DNA of 64,000 nucleotides. Source: a virus (lineage: Duplodnaviria; Caudoviricetes). The stretch's first letter is position 1; the number at the start of each line of letters is the position of its first letter. The notes under the pieces were generated by a model, which was not told the origin of the DNA, did not search any database, and was given only the letters and a program-made list of their open reading frames with translations. The stretch lies in IMG/VR virus record IMGVR_UViG_3300031998_000067, positions 4,153 through 68,152 of that record. One strand, written 5' to 3'. Below, in pieces: positions 9,142 to 18,501 of this stretch. The translations under genes and the position numbers were made by a program.

Positions 9142-9840
9142 TCATTTGTTCCAGTATTCGTTGATGTATCTCTCGATACCCTCAACGTTCAAGTGAATGC
9201 AAGAGCCAAGACCTTCCGGAGACTTGAGCCACGCCACATCTTTCTTGGTATCTTGGAACATGTGCTCCACGAGAACCGAAGTCGCCGGATGTTGCTTGAG
9301 CATCCAGAAAGCCGCCTCATAGTCCGGATCGCCATCGCTCCAGTCGGAACGGATAGGCTTCTGCTTGCCGTCCTCTGGGCTGAAAGTGTTTCCGTAGGGG
9401 TGGCCATAAGTACGCTTCGTCAATTCCTTCACCGCCTCCTCGTAGATGCACGTAGCAAGGGTATCGGATTTGGTTTTACCAGGCGAGGTGTAGATAGCAA
9501 GACCACGGGCGTCGTGCCATTTCTGGTCGCTCTTTGCGGCATTGTTGTGAATGGAAATCACAATGACGTTCTGGGTGCCATACTTCCGGCAGAAAGATTT
9601 GATACGATTCGTGCGCTCCTCGAGCGGAACGTCGTTCTCCTCCGGCACGAGAAGGCGGGCATCATACCCGTCGAAATACAGAACATCGGCAATGCCTTGA
9701 GCGCATCGACGCGCCCAGGCATACTCACGAAAATAGTACGGGGATTCCACAAGGCCCTTCGATGCGTCTGGGGAGCGCTTCCCGGGTGTTTCCTCCCCGT
9801 GACCATTGTCGATGAGGATAATAGGCAGTTTTGTGCTCAT
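9142..9840 (-). CDS. endolysin, N-acetylmuramoyl-L-alanine amidase (Amidase_3)
   Basis: IDNGHG...REY...SIHNNA...VLVE zinc ligands. Confidence 0.9.
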   Translation of the reverse strand: MSTKLPIILIDNGHGEETPGKRSPDASKGLVESPYYFREYAWARRCAQGIADVLYFDGYDARLLVPEENDVPLEERTNRIKSFCRKYGTQNVIVISIHNNAAKSDQKWHDARGLAIYTSPGKTKSDTLATCIYEEAVKELTKRTYGHPYGNTFSPEDGKQKPIRSDWSDGDPDYEAAFWMLKQHPATSVLVEHMFQDTKKDVAWLKSPEGLGSCIHLNVEGIERYINEYWNK

Positions 9841-9843
9841 ACG

Positions 9844-10158
9844 TCAGGATTGTTTTTCGTCAATATCCGGAAGTTCAACCGTCTGGCCCTTCATTTCGTG
9901 GGTGCAGTCATTGAGATACTGCATCTTGCCGTCACGAATGAAGGAGTGACACCGATGTTCTCCATCTGGCATATTGCTGGTTACAAGAATACTGGGGTTT
10001 ATTGTTGGCTTATTGAAGTCGCCATTAAACTCCCACTGTTGCTTCCAATAAGCCTTGGGGCCTACGGAGACTATATGGTGCTCTCTACAAGCTGGGCAGT
10101 AGAATTTATACATATCCGCCAGCTCCGGCTTGTTCGGCCAAACCTTCACGAGTTTCAT
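9844..10158 (-). CDS. small Cys/His protein resembling DUF6527
   Basis: CPAC..HH, WEFNGD..KPTINPSI, CHSFIRDG, DCTH; family recalled from memory. Confidence 0.6.
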   Translation of the reverse strand: MKLVKVWPNKPELADMYKFYCPACREHHIVSVGPKAYWKQQWEFNGDFNKPTINPSILVTSNMPDGEHRCHSFIRDGKMQYLNDCTHEMKGQTVELPDIDEKQS

Positions 10159-10649
10159 TTCGCCTCCTCCTTATCCTTTTGCTGAATCACGTCCTCGAGG
10201 TCTTCCTTCGTCACCTCGACACCAACCTTCTCGGCACCCTTGCGGAATATGAGTTTCCACAGATTAGCCACGGAGAGGTTGATACCCTTGGTCTCGAGAT
10301 AATTCCCGATAACGCTTATGAGTTCGTTTCCGTACACCAAGCCGAGGATCGCCTTGTCGAGCCACGCAACTTCGAAGAGCTGAGCAATCATCACGGCGGC
10401 GGCACACCACATCACATAGGAAACCGTCTTGTCAACAGTCCTTCTGATGGCGGTTGACCACCGCACCGCCTCACCACGGAACTTTGCCGCACGGATGCCG
10501 TACAGCAAGTCAAGCACAATGATGGGGACGGCCAGAATCAGCCAAGGTAAAGTTTGTTTCATAGCTTCGGAGAAGAAGGCGACTACTCCAATGGTTGCAC
10601 CGCCCTCCACTATCGTGTTGACGGCGCCGTTTTCAGTAGCCTGTACCAT
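10155..10649 (-). CDS. holin
   Basis: Multiple TM helices, DLLYGIRAA...AIRRTVDK pattern, charged C-terminus, upstream of the amidase. Confidence 0.8.
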   Translation of the reverse strand: MVQATENGAVNTIVEGGATIGVVAFFSEAMKQTLPWLILAVPIIVLDLLYGIRAAKFRGEAVRWSTAIRRTVDKTVSYVMWCAAAVMIAQLFEVAWLDKAILGLVYGNELISVIGNYLETKGINLSVANLWKLIFRKGAEKVGVEVTKEDLEDVIQQKDKEEAK

Positions 10650-10662
10650 AGGGCGGTCCTCC

Positions 10663-10956
10663 CTAACTTATGAGTTGGAACCCCCATATCAACAGACCAC
10701 CGATCACCGCAGAGAGGAAGTTGGAAACACGGAAACTGCGTCCGCAGAACAGGGGGATGAACTCCCTTATGAATGCGACCATCAGTATCGGCCACCAAGC
10801 CCACTCGACCTTGAGCACAATGGCGCAGAATGCCGCGCCGAGAATGCCGGTGATAAAAGAGTAGAGTAGGTCCTTACGAACCTTATCCAGTTGGGCGATA
10901 ATCCAGTTGTAGGCGGCGCATATCTGCGCCCATACCCACGCGAAAAACTTTTTCAT
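10663..10956 (-). CDS. small multi-TM membrane protein
   Basis: ATG 10956 (MKKFFAWVW); three hydrophobic helices. Confidence 0.65.
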   Translation of the reverse strand: MKKFFAWVWAQICAAYNWIIAQLDKVRKDLLYSFITGILGAAFCAIVLKVEWAWWPILMVAFIREFIPLFCGRSFRVSNFLSAVIGGLLIWGFQLIS

Positions 10957-11207
10957 AGCAGAATGAGAATTTGAGGGATTGCCGCGAGTACGATGCCCCC
11001 GCAGTCGGCAATGAAATCGAGCCATTCGGCAGAATGATGCTCCGGATGCTTCGCGTCGTAAATTTCCTTTGCGACGCCTACAAGCAGAGAGAGAGAGGCG
11101 GCTATCGCCATCGCCCAACCACGGAGGTTGAAGAAATGGCAAACTGCGAACACCACCGTAGAGATGGCGAAGCACGCGAGAAGGTGGAGGAGTTTATCAG
11201 TTTTCAT
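10953..11207 (-). CDS. VanZ-like small membrane protein
   Basis: DKLLH...KEIYD...DFIADCGG pattern. Confidence 0.7.
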   Translation of the reverse strand: MKTDKLLHLLACFAISTVVFAVCHFFNLRGWAMAIAASLSLLVGVAKEIYDAKHPEHHSAEWLDFIADCGGIVLAAIPQILILL

Positions 11208-11463
11208 CGCGCACCTCCTCGTCGATAGGTTCTGCCTCCAGACGATCTATCTCGTCCTGGGCGGCGTTGATGCGGTCACGGAGGTCCTGTCGCTCTTCGT
11301 GAAGGGCATCGATGTCATACGGTAAGGCGGACTTGGCAACCCCACGGGCCTTGTCCTCGGCACACTTGATCACCTTGTAGTCGGATGCCTTCAACTGGGC
11401 ATTGCAACTGTCGATAATCTCACGCTGCGCCTGTTTCTGGATGTCAATTTCTTGCTGTGTCAT
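11197..11463 (-). CDS. tail-fibre-associated small coiled-coil protein
   Basis: LKASDYKVIKCAE...LHEERQDLRDRIN, a pattern typically found after fibre genes. Confidence 0.6.
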   Translation of the reverse strand: MTQQEIDIQKQAQREIIDSCNAQLKASDYKVIKCAEDKARGVAKSALPYDIDALHEERQDLRDRINAAQDEIDRLEAEPIDEEVRDEN

Positions 11464-11465
11464 AG

Positions 11466-12644
11466 TTATACTAAATTAAGATTGTGGATTTTACATATCA
11501 GTTCATTATGCTTGAATCCCGGACGGAGGCCGAGGATATTCTTATGCTCTCTCAATTCAACGAATGTCTTCCACTTCGGGTTCAAAGACTCATACCCACG
11601 GCGGAGTATGGCATACCCTTGGCGGTTACGCAGAATGCCGAAATAGGAGTCCAGAGATGATACCATACGCTCAACATTCTTTATCGACACGCGCCGATTC
11701 CAATACCGTATCTTGCGGAAGAAATTATAGACGGTGCGGTTTCCGGGGTAAATACGATCGGGCTTGACAATCTGGGAGCAGAAACGGGCTCCCTTCGAAT
11801 AGTGCTGGCAATAGAATTTCTTCTTATGGACCAGACATCCTATGGCCTCCATCCGGGCGCGGAACTCTGGCATGATAAGATTCAAAAACTGCTCTTTGTT
11901 CTTGAAAACAAAGGCAAAATCGTCGCCATATACGGTGACACGGACGCCGCATGATAGAAGCCACTTTATCACCTCGTCGTGATAATAGGTCATTGCTATC
12001 TGCATAATAATCTTTCCGGGGGCGGCGCCAACACCCTCCGGTTTATTCATAAGGCTCTTATTCGGCGGAACCCGAAGCCAATCTTGCGCGGGGCAACGTC
12101 GTTCAGACGCCCTGGCATTGAAATAGATGCTCATCCGGAGCAAATAGATGAGTTCATCCTTCAGGTCCGACTCTATATCAGCATCGAGAAGCAACTTCTT
12201 CAAGATGTTATAACTACGATCCTGATTTGCGTTAGGAAAGTATCCCGAGAGATCAGCAACGGCTACATAGCAATCCTCCGTGTAACCATTGCTGAGTTCA
12301 AATATGTCTTCGGCAAGACAATTCAGTGCGCGGTCAAGCCCCATTCCGATACGGTTATTGAAAACCCTTGGATTGATGTCTTTTTCAATAAGAGGACGAA
12401 GGCGCCTCTCCAGACGATGTTCAACCGTGCACTGGGCTATATCTGCGGAATAGACCTCCCGGATTACGGGAGAAAAGACGACATAAGCAGAAGACGTCGG
12501 GCGCAGGGTGCGTTGCTCTATGTCGTCGCGCAACTTGTTAAGGTTCGCACAACGATGCAGATCAAAAGCGACATAATCGGGATTATGCGATTTGTTTTTA
12601 ACCGCATCACGATAATCCGAATATAACTCTCTCAAACTTACCAT
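11466..12644 (-). CDS. DGR reverse transcriptase
   Basis: ADLSGYF (motif A) and YGDD (motif C); 392 aa with no endonuclease domain; directly downstream of the TR. Confidence 0.95.
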   Translation of the reverse strand: MVSLRELYSDYRDAVKNKSHNPDYVAFDLHRCANLNKLRDDIEQRTLRPTSSAYVVFSPVIREVYSADIAQCTVEHRLERRLRPLIEKDINPRVFNNRIGMGLDRALNCLAEDIFELSNGYTEDCYVAVADLSGYFPNANQDRSYNILKKLLLDADIESDLKDELIYLLRMSIYFNARASERRCPAQDWLRVPPNKSLMNKPEGVGAAPGKIIMQIAMTYYHDEVIKWLLSCGVRVTVYGDDFAFVFKNKEQFLNLIMPEFRARMEAIGCLVHKKKFYCQHYSKGARFCSQIVKPDRIYPGNRTVYNFFRKIRYWNRRVSIKNVERMVSSLDSYFGILRNRQGYAILRRGYESLNPKWKTFVELREHKNILGLRPGFKHNELICKIHNLNLV

Positions 12645-12673
12645 AGTTCAACGACATTTGTTCATAAATAAAT

Positions 12674-12794
12674 TGCGACACGGGCACAACGGTATTGCTG
12701 TTATACATATTGTTGTTGTTGAAGAACCCGTTGTTGCCGTTGGCATTCCAAGCGTTGTTGGCGTTGTTACGGCAGCAAGACCAGAGGTTCGAGC
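12674..12794 (-). repeat. DGR template repeat (TR), 121 bp
   Basis: 15 AAY codons in the target reading frame; matches VR1 and VR2 except at TR adenines. Confidence 0.97.
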
Positions 12795-12799
12795 TCAGC

Positions 12800-12839
12800 G
12801 CCCGCTTTCTTGTTCTTAACTGTAAATGACAGTGCGGGC
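12800..12839 (-). other. structured 5' leader of the TR RNA
   Basis: GCCCGC/GCGGGC stem enclosing an ACTGT/ACAGT stem, between avd and TR. Confidence 0.6.
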
Positions 12840-12893
12840 TCCATCTTATTGTATGAACAGACTACCCAGACCGACCTTCATATTTCAAAGGAT

Positions 12894-13349
12894 TTAGTGG
12901 CTGGATTTGCTGCTAATAGCCGACGTTCTCCACTTGCTTATGTCTGTGTCAATTTTTCCTATTTCCTCATAGATTTGAATAACCAACTTGTCTTGTTTGT
13001 TCGGGATTTGCTTTCCATCCTTATCGGTCACGTGCTTCTGTGGGATAAGAATATGCTCATCAACTATCTCATCCATAAGAGTCATTATCACGTGGATACT
13101 TCCAACGAGTTTCATATAATAGTGCGGTCGCTCGTCTTGGAAATCAAACGCAATAATGTAATTGTCGAAGCAGTCAAGCATTCTACTGACGATCCGGTCC
13201 CCATAATTGCGCTTGTTCTCCTGCGTCATGTGAAACGGAAGTTTGTGAATATGCCTCGACAACCGCTTCAAACCCTTGTAGATGCTCGCCAACTGATACT
13301 TCGGAACCGAGTGGTTGACAAAGTCTTTCATCGATGAACTATCTTGCAT
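12894..13349 (-). CDS. Avd-like DGR accessory protein (four-helix bundle)
   Basis: Lies between target and TR; helical; C-terminal EIGKIDTDISKWR resembles the Avd EIGxxxGGW motif. Confidence 0.85.
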   Translation of the reverse strand: MQDSSSMKDFVNHSVPKYQLASIYKGLKRLSRHIHKLPFHMTQENKRNYGDRIVSRMLDCFDNYIIAFDFQDERPHYYMKLVGSIHVIMTLMDEIVDEHILIPQKHVTDKDGKQIPNKQDKLVIQIYEEIGKIDTDISKWRTSAISSKSSH

Positions 13350-13366
13350 AGCAAATCCTTTTTAAT

Positions 13367-13392
13367 GGACGGCGGTACGGAGCCCGCCGTCC
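13367..13392 (-). other. GC hairpin downstream of VR1
   Basis: GGACGGCGG-GCTCCGTA-CCGCCGTCC, 13 nt after the target stop. Confidence 0.85.
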
Positions 13393-13405
13393 GGAAGGTT
13401 AAGGT

Positions 13406-14683
13406 TTAATCTTCGCTTTCGCTCAGGTTAAGATGCGACACGGGCACAACGGTAACGCTGCTATACATATAGCCGTTGCTGAAGAACCCGTAGCCGCCGC
13501 GGGCATACCAAGCGTAGTAGGCGTCGCTACGGCAGCAAGACCAGAGGTTCGAGCCGTTCGAAATCGCAGTTCCGCCCAATTTGAGCAGTGTAGCGTTTAC
13601 GACATCCGCCCTACGGTCATTCACGGTTCCATACATGATGCCGTCAAGCATATCGTAGATGTCCTCCACGGTGCCGAGGTGCCAACGCCCTGCGGGGAGG
13701 CAAGACGTGCCATAGGTGTAGGCATAATCCGCCGCCGGACAGAGAGGCTTGTCGGTAAGGGTGAGGCTACTGTACCGCTTGAGAGCGAGCACCTTCGTGC
13801 GCTCCAGTCCATCACGCATACCCATATTACCGAAGTCCGTGGGGACCACGGGAAGCATGCTCTTCATATAGCGGAGCCATCCTTCCTCTCCTTCGCCATA
13901 GATAGCACGGAGAGCGGCGCAGTAGTCGTTGTACTCGTCGCCGGTCTTGCGATACTCACTGTGGCCGAGATAACCGGGGAGACAAATCGGATAGCCGGTC
14001 TTCTTGCTCGTGACGGTTGATGTCGGGTTGTAGGTGGAGGAACTGTTGTCGGCACGGAAATACGCCAGTGCGCGATACCAGGAACTCAACACGCCTTCGC
14101 CACCGGTGCCGCCGTGACGGCGACGGATGTTCGCCAGAGCGACAACATCGGGCATAAGGTTGGCCGAGAGGCTGAACCCGCTCTTTCCGGTGTTGTAACC
14201 GGCCTGACGCCAATCGGCGTACGCGAAATGCACGTTGATACCGCCGTTGCCATCGCTTTCGGCCACCCAGTCCTGGGTAGAGAAAGGAGTATTGGCGGCA
14301 AAATAGGTATTTAGGCGCTCGATGAGTTCGTCCACAGTAGAGCAGCCATACGTGATGGTGTAGTCGTGGTTTGCGGCCCAAGAGTCGCTTGCCTCACGGA
14401 CGGAAAGGACGCCGGAGCGGGAGGTGCCGTCAAGCGTGTACCCGGTAAGGGCGAAGCTATAACGGTCGCACCACTTCTTGCCCGCTTGCGAAAGCGCACC
14501 GATAAGCACATCGTCGCCACGTCGCTTGAGCACGACACCCTCGATCTCATAGAGATCAGAGGGGATGTCGGCCGTCGATTCGATGCTTTCATGTTTTACA
14601 TAGAGCACCTTGCCTTGAGTGCCCTTAACGCCCAGAACCGCGTCACCACGGCGGGGCAGCTTGGTAAACTGTAATGTTGCCAT
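13406..14683 (-). CDS. DGR target 1, probable receptor-binding protein with C-terminal CLec-like domain
   Basis: Ends in VR1; WHLGTVEDIY...LWSCCR; follows the tail fibre gene. Confidence 0.9.
   Translation of the reverse strand: MATLQFTKLPRRGDAVLGVKGTQGKVLYVKHESIESTADIPSDLYEIEGVVLKRRGDDVLIGALSQAGKKWCDRYSFALTGYTLDGTSRSGVLSVREASDSWAANHDYTITYGCSTVDELIERLNTYFAANTPFSTQDWVAESDGNGGINVHFAYADWRQAGYNTGKSGFSLSANLMPDVVALANIRRRHGGTGGEGVLSSWYRALAYFRADNSSSTYNPTSTVTSKKTGYPICLPGYLGHSEYRKTGDEYNDYCAALRAIYGEGEEGWLRYMKSMLPVVPTDFGNMGMRDGLERTKVLALKRYSSLTLTDKPLCPAADYAYTYGTSCLPAGRWHLGTVEDIYDMLDGIMYGTVNDRRADVVNATLLKLGGTAISNGSNLWSCCRSDAYYAWYARGGYGFFSNGYMYSSVTVVPVSHLNLSESED
13434..13554 (-). repeat. DGR variable repeat VR1
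   Basis: 17 mismatches to the TR, all at TR adenines (manual alignment). Confidence 0.97.
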
Positions 14684-14702
14684 ATTGAATCGTGTTTAGT
14701 TG

Positions 14703-16544
14703 TTAGCAGTTGTACCACTTGAGGCCCATATTGGTGTCGCGCACTGCGATGTAGTGACCTCCGCTGGTAACGGCGGTATTGATGTACTCCTGGCCGATAG
14801 CCGAGGGAACGCCATTCCAGTCGTAGCCGCCATCGGCAAGTTGAATCCAGTTGTCGGGGACTACGGCCTCCTGGGGAGTACCGGCGCCAAAGAGTTTCAT
14901 CGGCTGACCGCAGAGCTTCGCCTGGTTAATGTCGTGATAGTCGGGCTCCTGAAGGGCGACAATCTCGTCCTCGGCACTTCCGATACGGACGTCAAATCCA
15001 CCGACGTTGCCCTCGATGTTCTTAACCTTGCCAAGCAGACCATAGATGGCGTCGGGAATGCCCTGGACGTACTGCCAGAGGCCGTTGCCATCGCCGGTGG
15101 CATCAACGTATTCGATACCCCAGTCGTTGATGTGGGAGAAGACGGTGGTGACGCTCACGGTGCTTGTGGTGGGAGCCTCAAGTTGATACTTCACCACGTA
15201 TCCGGCCGCTACGGTGGAGTTGGCATCCTGGAAACTCACAGTCTTTCCTTCAACGGTAAGCGCGTTGAACACGCTACCACCATTGACCTTGATCTCCGCA
15301 ACGCCGTCGGAAAGCATTCCGCTGATAGTCGCCTTGTGAGTATAGGTGCCGGTGGGAGTTCCTTCGCCGTCAACGTCGGCCGTGTTGGTCCAAGTGAGGC
15401 TCGAAGATGTACCGACCTTGACGGTCTTGAGCATCTGGGAGTCGGAGGTGCGGTCACAACGATCGCTTACGAGGGCACCGCCGCTACCAACGGAACGGAG
15501 CGTACCGACACCGGTGGTGCTCACGATAGTTCCGGCATCGTCCGCGTCGGTAGGAGAGACGTACTTGTCGTAGTTCGTACTCCAACCGAGGTGGGCGCAA
15601 GTGGAGGCCCAGGTGATGCCGCTCACGATGAGGTAGCCGGGGCCGCTCGTGGTGTAGTGGCGACGGCCGTTCTTGTCGAGGTAGGTGGCCGCAGTGCCGT
15701 CGGTAGCGCTCGTAGGCACGCCGGAGGCAAGAGGCTTGAAGTACACCGTAGGGGTGAGGTTGTTGCCGTTGGAGTCGGTGAAGAGGACGCCGTTGTTCTC
15801 GTTGGCGGTTCCGATGGAGTCGTTGGTCGCGGTCAGCTTCGGTACGGGGATGTACCACCAATCTCCACTGCCCTTCACGGCAAGGCCGTTGTTGCTCTGG
15901 AGGCGGAGGAGGTTGAATCCGGAGGAGATGATGCGGGAAGGCGCGAAATCCGCACCGATGCAGAGCATAGCAATCAACTTGGCGCCGCCCGCGCTGTTGA
16001 TACTCTCATCACCGCCGGTGGAGCGGATAAGGGCCTTGGACTCGCTCTCGACGGGAGAGTCATCACGTGCGGCCCAGGACTCCAAATCCTTCGAAGCGTT
16101 AGGGACGAAGGTGGGATCGAGGGTGCCGTTATACACGTCGAAGTCGAAGTGATTGCCGTTCGTCAGGTTGATGCGGTAGGTAGAATGCCCGCCGTTCTCG
16201 GTGGAGATGGAGACCGCCTCGACGCTCGAGATGCCGTTGCCAGTAGGGCCCTCGGGGCCAGTAGGGCCCTGGATACCCTGGATACCCTGGGAACCCTTCG
16301 TACCGTTCTTCACGTTGAGCGTGTAGGTCGTCCCGTTGAGCAAAGTGAAGATAACGACATTGGTGCCGCCATCCTCCTGAGACTCCGTTACGGAGACGGA
16401 GTAAATGACTTTCAGAAGGTTCGCAAGGGAGACCTTCTTGCTGGTGACATTACCCTGCCCGTCGTCGAGGGTGCCGATCGTCCACAAGTTTGCGAAATCG
16501 ACCGACTCGGTAAGCTGGGAGATTTTTGTTACGTCTTGTTCCAT
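14703..16544 (-). CDS. tail fibre-like protein with short collagen-like repeat
   Basis: GSQGIQGIQGPTGPEGPTG; Gly/Thr/Ser-rich beta sequence; N-terminal TKISQL. Confidence 0.75.
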   Translation of the reverse strand: MEQDVTKISQLTESVDFANLWTIGTLDDGQGNVTSKKVSLANLLKVIYSVSVTESQEDGGTNVVIFTLLNGTTYTLNVKNGTKGSQGIQGIQGPTGPEGPTGNGISSVEAVSISTENGGHSTYRINLTNGNHFDFDVYNGTLDPTFVPNASKDLESWAARDDSPVESESKALIRSTGGDESINSAGGAKLIAMLCIGADFAPSRIISSGFNLLRLQSNNGLAVKGSGDWWYIPVPKLTATNDSIGTANENNGVLFTDSNGNNLTPTVYFKPLASGVPTSATDGTAATYLDKNGRRHYTTSGPGYLIVSGITWASTCAHLGWSTNYDKYVSPTDADDAGTIVSTTGVGTLRSVGSGGALVSDRCDRTSDSQMLKTVKVGTSSSLTWTNTADVDGEGTPTGTYTHKATISGMLSDGVAEIKVNGGSVFNALTVEGKTVSFQDANSTVAAGYVVKYQLEAPTTSTVSVTTVFSHINDWGIEYVDATGDGNGLWQYVQGIPDAIYGLLGKVKNIEGNVGGFDVRIGSAEDEIVALQEPDYHDINQAKLCGQPMKLFGAGTPQEAVVPDNWIQLADGGYDWNGVPSAIGQEYINTAVTSGGHYIAVRDTNMGLKWYNC

Positions 16545-16556
16545 AATTTCGATATT

Positions 16557-18377
16557 TTATTCTGGTAGATATAGTTTTTCTCGCAAGGTCACTTTGAAGG
16601 TGGGGATGTTGCTATCGTTCTCCGTGATGGTCACGGTGTCGATAAGCACGTATTCGGCGCTCTCGCCGATAAGGTCGCTATCCGCAATCTGCATATACAT
16701 CCCGGGACGCAGATAGACACCGGTCTGGCCGTGAATCCACTTCGAATCAATCTCAAGGTCGTAGAGGTACTTGAGTTTCGAGTGGGTGTCGTAGTACACG
16801 CGGGCCTTGGCAAGCAGACGCTTACCCGCCACAGTGATATAGACCTCCGGCATCAGTATGTCCGTGAGCACGAAGCGGTCGCCCGCGTTGATGGGATACG
16901 AGATGTTCGGGAACACCATCCCCACGGAGGAATCCTCGAGCCGGTCGAGGGTAAGTTTCCACCGGTCGTGGGTGGCGTCATACTCGCAGTTCGTGATATT
17001 GAAGTCACGACCCGCACAAGGGCCGGACTTCATATTCAGTGTCCCGATGCCGTTCGCCCCGGCGGCGTAGTCGGCAATGTTGAATCCTATCTGCCGGAGG
17101 TAGAGGTTGAAGGTCGGGGCGTTGTAGTAAGCCACCTCCATATCGAAGGTGTGCTTCACGATGGTGGCCGCATACGCCTTGACGCTCTTAGCTTGTCCGG
17201 AGACGATGTTCTCAACGGCATAATAGCGCTCGATACCCCACTGTACAATGGGGATTTTGTAATACTGGTTGGCAGAGGTATCCAGAATCGATATGGTTCC
17301 GGCACGGGCCTCTCCGGAGGTATTGGCATCGATGGTAAGAGTTACCTTCGTCTTGGAGCCGGAGCCGGAACTGACACTCGCAGTCACCCAGCTCGGTTTG
17401 TCGGTGAAAGACCAGCTATGACTGTTCTTCGCAAAGATATAAAACGCCACAGTCCTCGCGGCCGGGGACTTGTAGCGGATAGTGCGCATATTGAAATCCA
17501 GAGAGCCAGTAGTGCCGGATTTCTGGCTGATAGGAACATAATCCGTATATCCGTTATCTGCGGAGCGCCTTATTGGAATGAAACCCGCCCGCATCAAGGT
17601 TGACGAGTTGGAGTAGGAGGGAATTGTGGCGGTGATCTTCGCGGATTTCGGCATAAACTCTACGCCTTGGGCAAAGGTTCCGGAGTTCACGTCGATACTT
17701 CCGAAGGTAATCGAAGGAATACCCCATCCGAGGTTGCTTCCGGCGGCAAGTCCGCGAAGATAAAAGGCCGCAGCGCCACCGGCGCTATCCATCTCGATAC
17801 CACCGCCGATGTACTCGATAAGTTTCGTCTCATAGAAGTACCCACGCAGATACACCGACACTTTCGAGAGGTCGGTGAGCGGAGTTCCGGAGCCGTCCGT
17901 CCCGAAGGTCATTTCATTCGTGGGAATCTTGAACGTGTACTTGTATTTGCTCAACTCATAGTCCCATCCGCCGCCAGTTACCAGTGTCAACTCCTTACTG
18001 ACAATGTGGTTGCCATTGTCCACGACGGAGAGGTAAACCTTGTAGGTATAGTTCGAGAGCGCCTTATCCAGAAGAAAGTCCTGAAAGAACTCCGGCGTAG
18101 CGGTCTCGACGAGTTTGAGCTTCACCGCACCGGCCCCGGCCCAGATGCCGGAGAAACTGCCGAGAAGGAAGCAGAAACCCTGCGTCACCTCCATCAGATT
18201 CTTATGTGTGGCAGAAAGCGACATGGGCGTATCCTGAACGCCGGAACTGACGATAAAGCCCTTACTGCCGCCGTTCGAGCCGACGGCGATCTCGTCCGCC
18301 CGGTCGGTGGCCGCATCAGTCACAAGGCTCGGCTGGTAATACTTCGCCTCATCGTCTATCTTAACATATACTCCCAT
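16557..18377 (-). CDS. tail tip protein, C-terminal part, with BACON domain
   Basis: PSWVTASVSSGSGSKTKVTLTIDANTSGEARAGTI (BACON); MKSGPCAGRDF and GDRFVLTDILMP. Confidence 0.75.
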   Translation of the reverse strand: MGVYVKIDDEAKYYQPSLVTDAATDRADEIAVGSNGGSKGFIVSSGVQDTPMSLSATHKNLMEVTQGFCFLLGSFSGIWAGAGAVKLKLVETATPEFFQDFLLDKALSNYTYKVYLSVVDNGNHIVSKELTLVTGGGWDYELSKYKYTFKIPTNEMTFGTDGSGTPLTDLSKVSVYLRGYFYETKLIEYIGGGIEMDSAGGAAAFYLRGLAAGSNLGWGIPSITFGSIDVNSGTFAQGVEFMPKSAKITATIPSYSNSSTLMRAGFIPIRRSADNGYTDYVPISQKSGTTGSLDFNMRTIRYKSPAARTVAFYIFAKNSHSWSFTDKPSWVTASVSSGSGSKTKVTLTIDANTSGEARAGTISILDTSANQYYKIPIVQWGIERYYAVENIVSGQAKSVKAYAATIVKHTFDMEVAYYNAPTFNLYLRQIGFNIADYAAGANGIGTLNMKSGPCAGRDFNITNCEYDATHDRWKLTLDRLEDSSVGMVFPNISYPINAGDRFVLTDILMPEVYITVAGKRLLAKARVYYDTHSKLKYLYDLEIDSKWIHGQTGVYLRPGMYMQIADSDLIGESAEYVLIDTVTITENDSNIPTFKVTLREKLYLPE

Positions 18378-18378
18378 A

Positions 18379-18409
18379 TTGCTTTTTCAATAAATCTTTT
18401 CTATCTTTG
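18379..18409 (+). promoter_or_regulatory. Bacteroidota sigma-A promoter, antisense to the tail operon
   Basis: TTG-N20-TATCTTTG in the intergenic gap. Confidence 0.6.
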
Positions 18410-18501
18410 TCTCATCGTAAGCGAGACTTTGTGTTGGGGCCCGTGCAACAGGAATCCGGTTGGCATGCGTCGTTCCCTTCTCTTAATCCCGCTTACTTTT
18501 T

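Noticed and set aside
11466-12644. RT as group II intron, retron or Abi RT
   Set aside because: No maturase or endonuclease domain and no intron domain V seen; TR/VR pairs and the Avd-like gene identify a DGR.
12700-12770. GTT/AAC microsatellite or CRISPR-like repeat
   Set aside because: These are the AAY codons of the TR.
14700-16568. Long plus-strand ORF (622 aa), and similar long antisense ORFs at 29076-31220, 9193-10185, 34726-36195 and 52394-53584
   Set aside because: Shadow frames of codon-biased genes on the opposite strand; no motifs.
13406-18377. Invertible tail-fibre shufflon driven by the second recombinase
   Set aside because: No inverted repeats or reversed fibre cassettes seen by eye; a self-dotplot would settle it.
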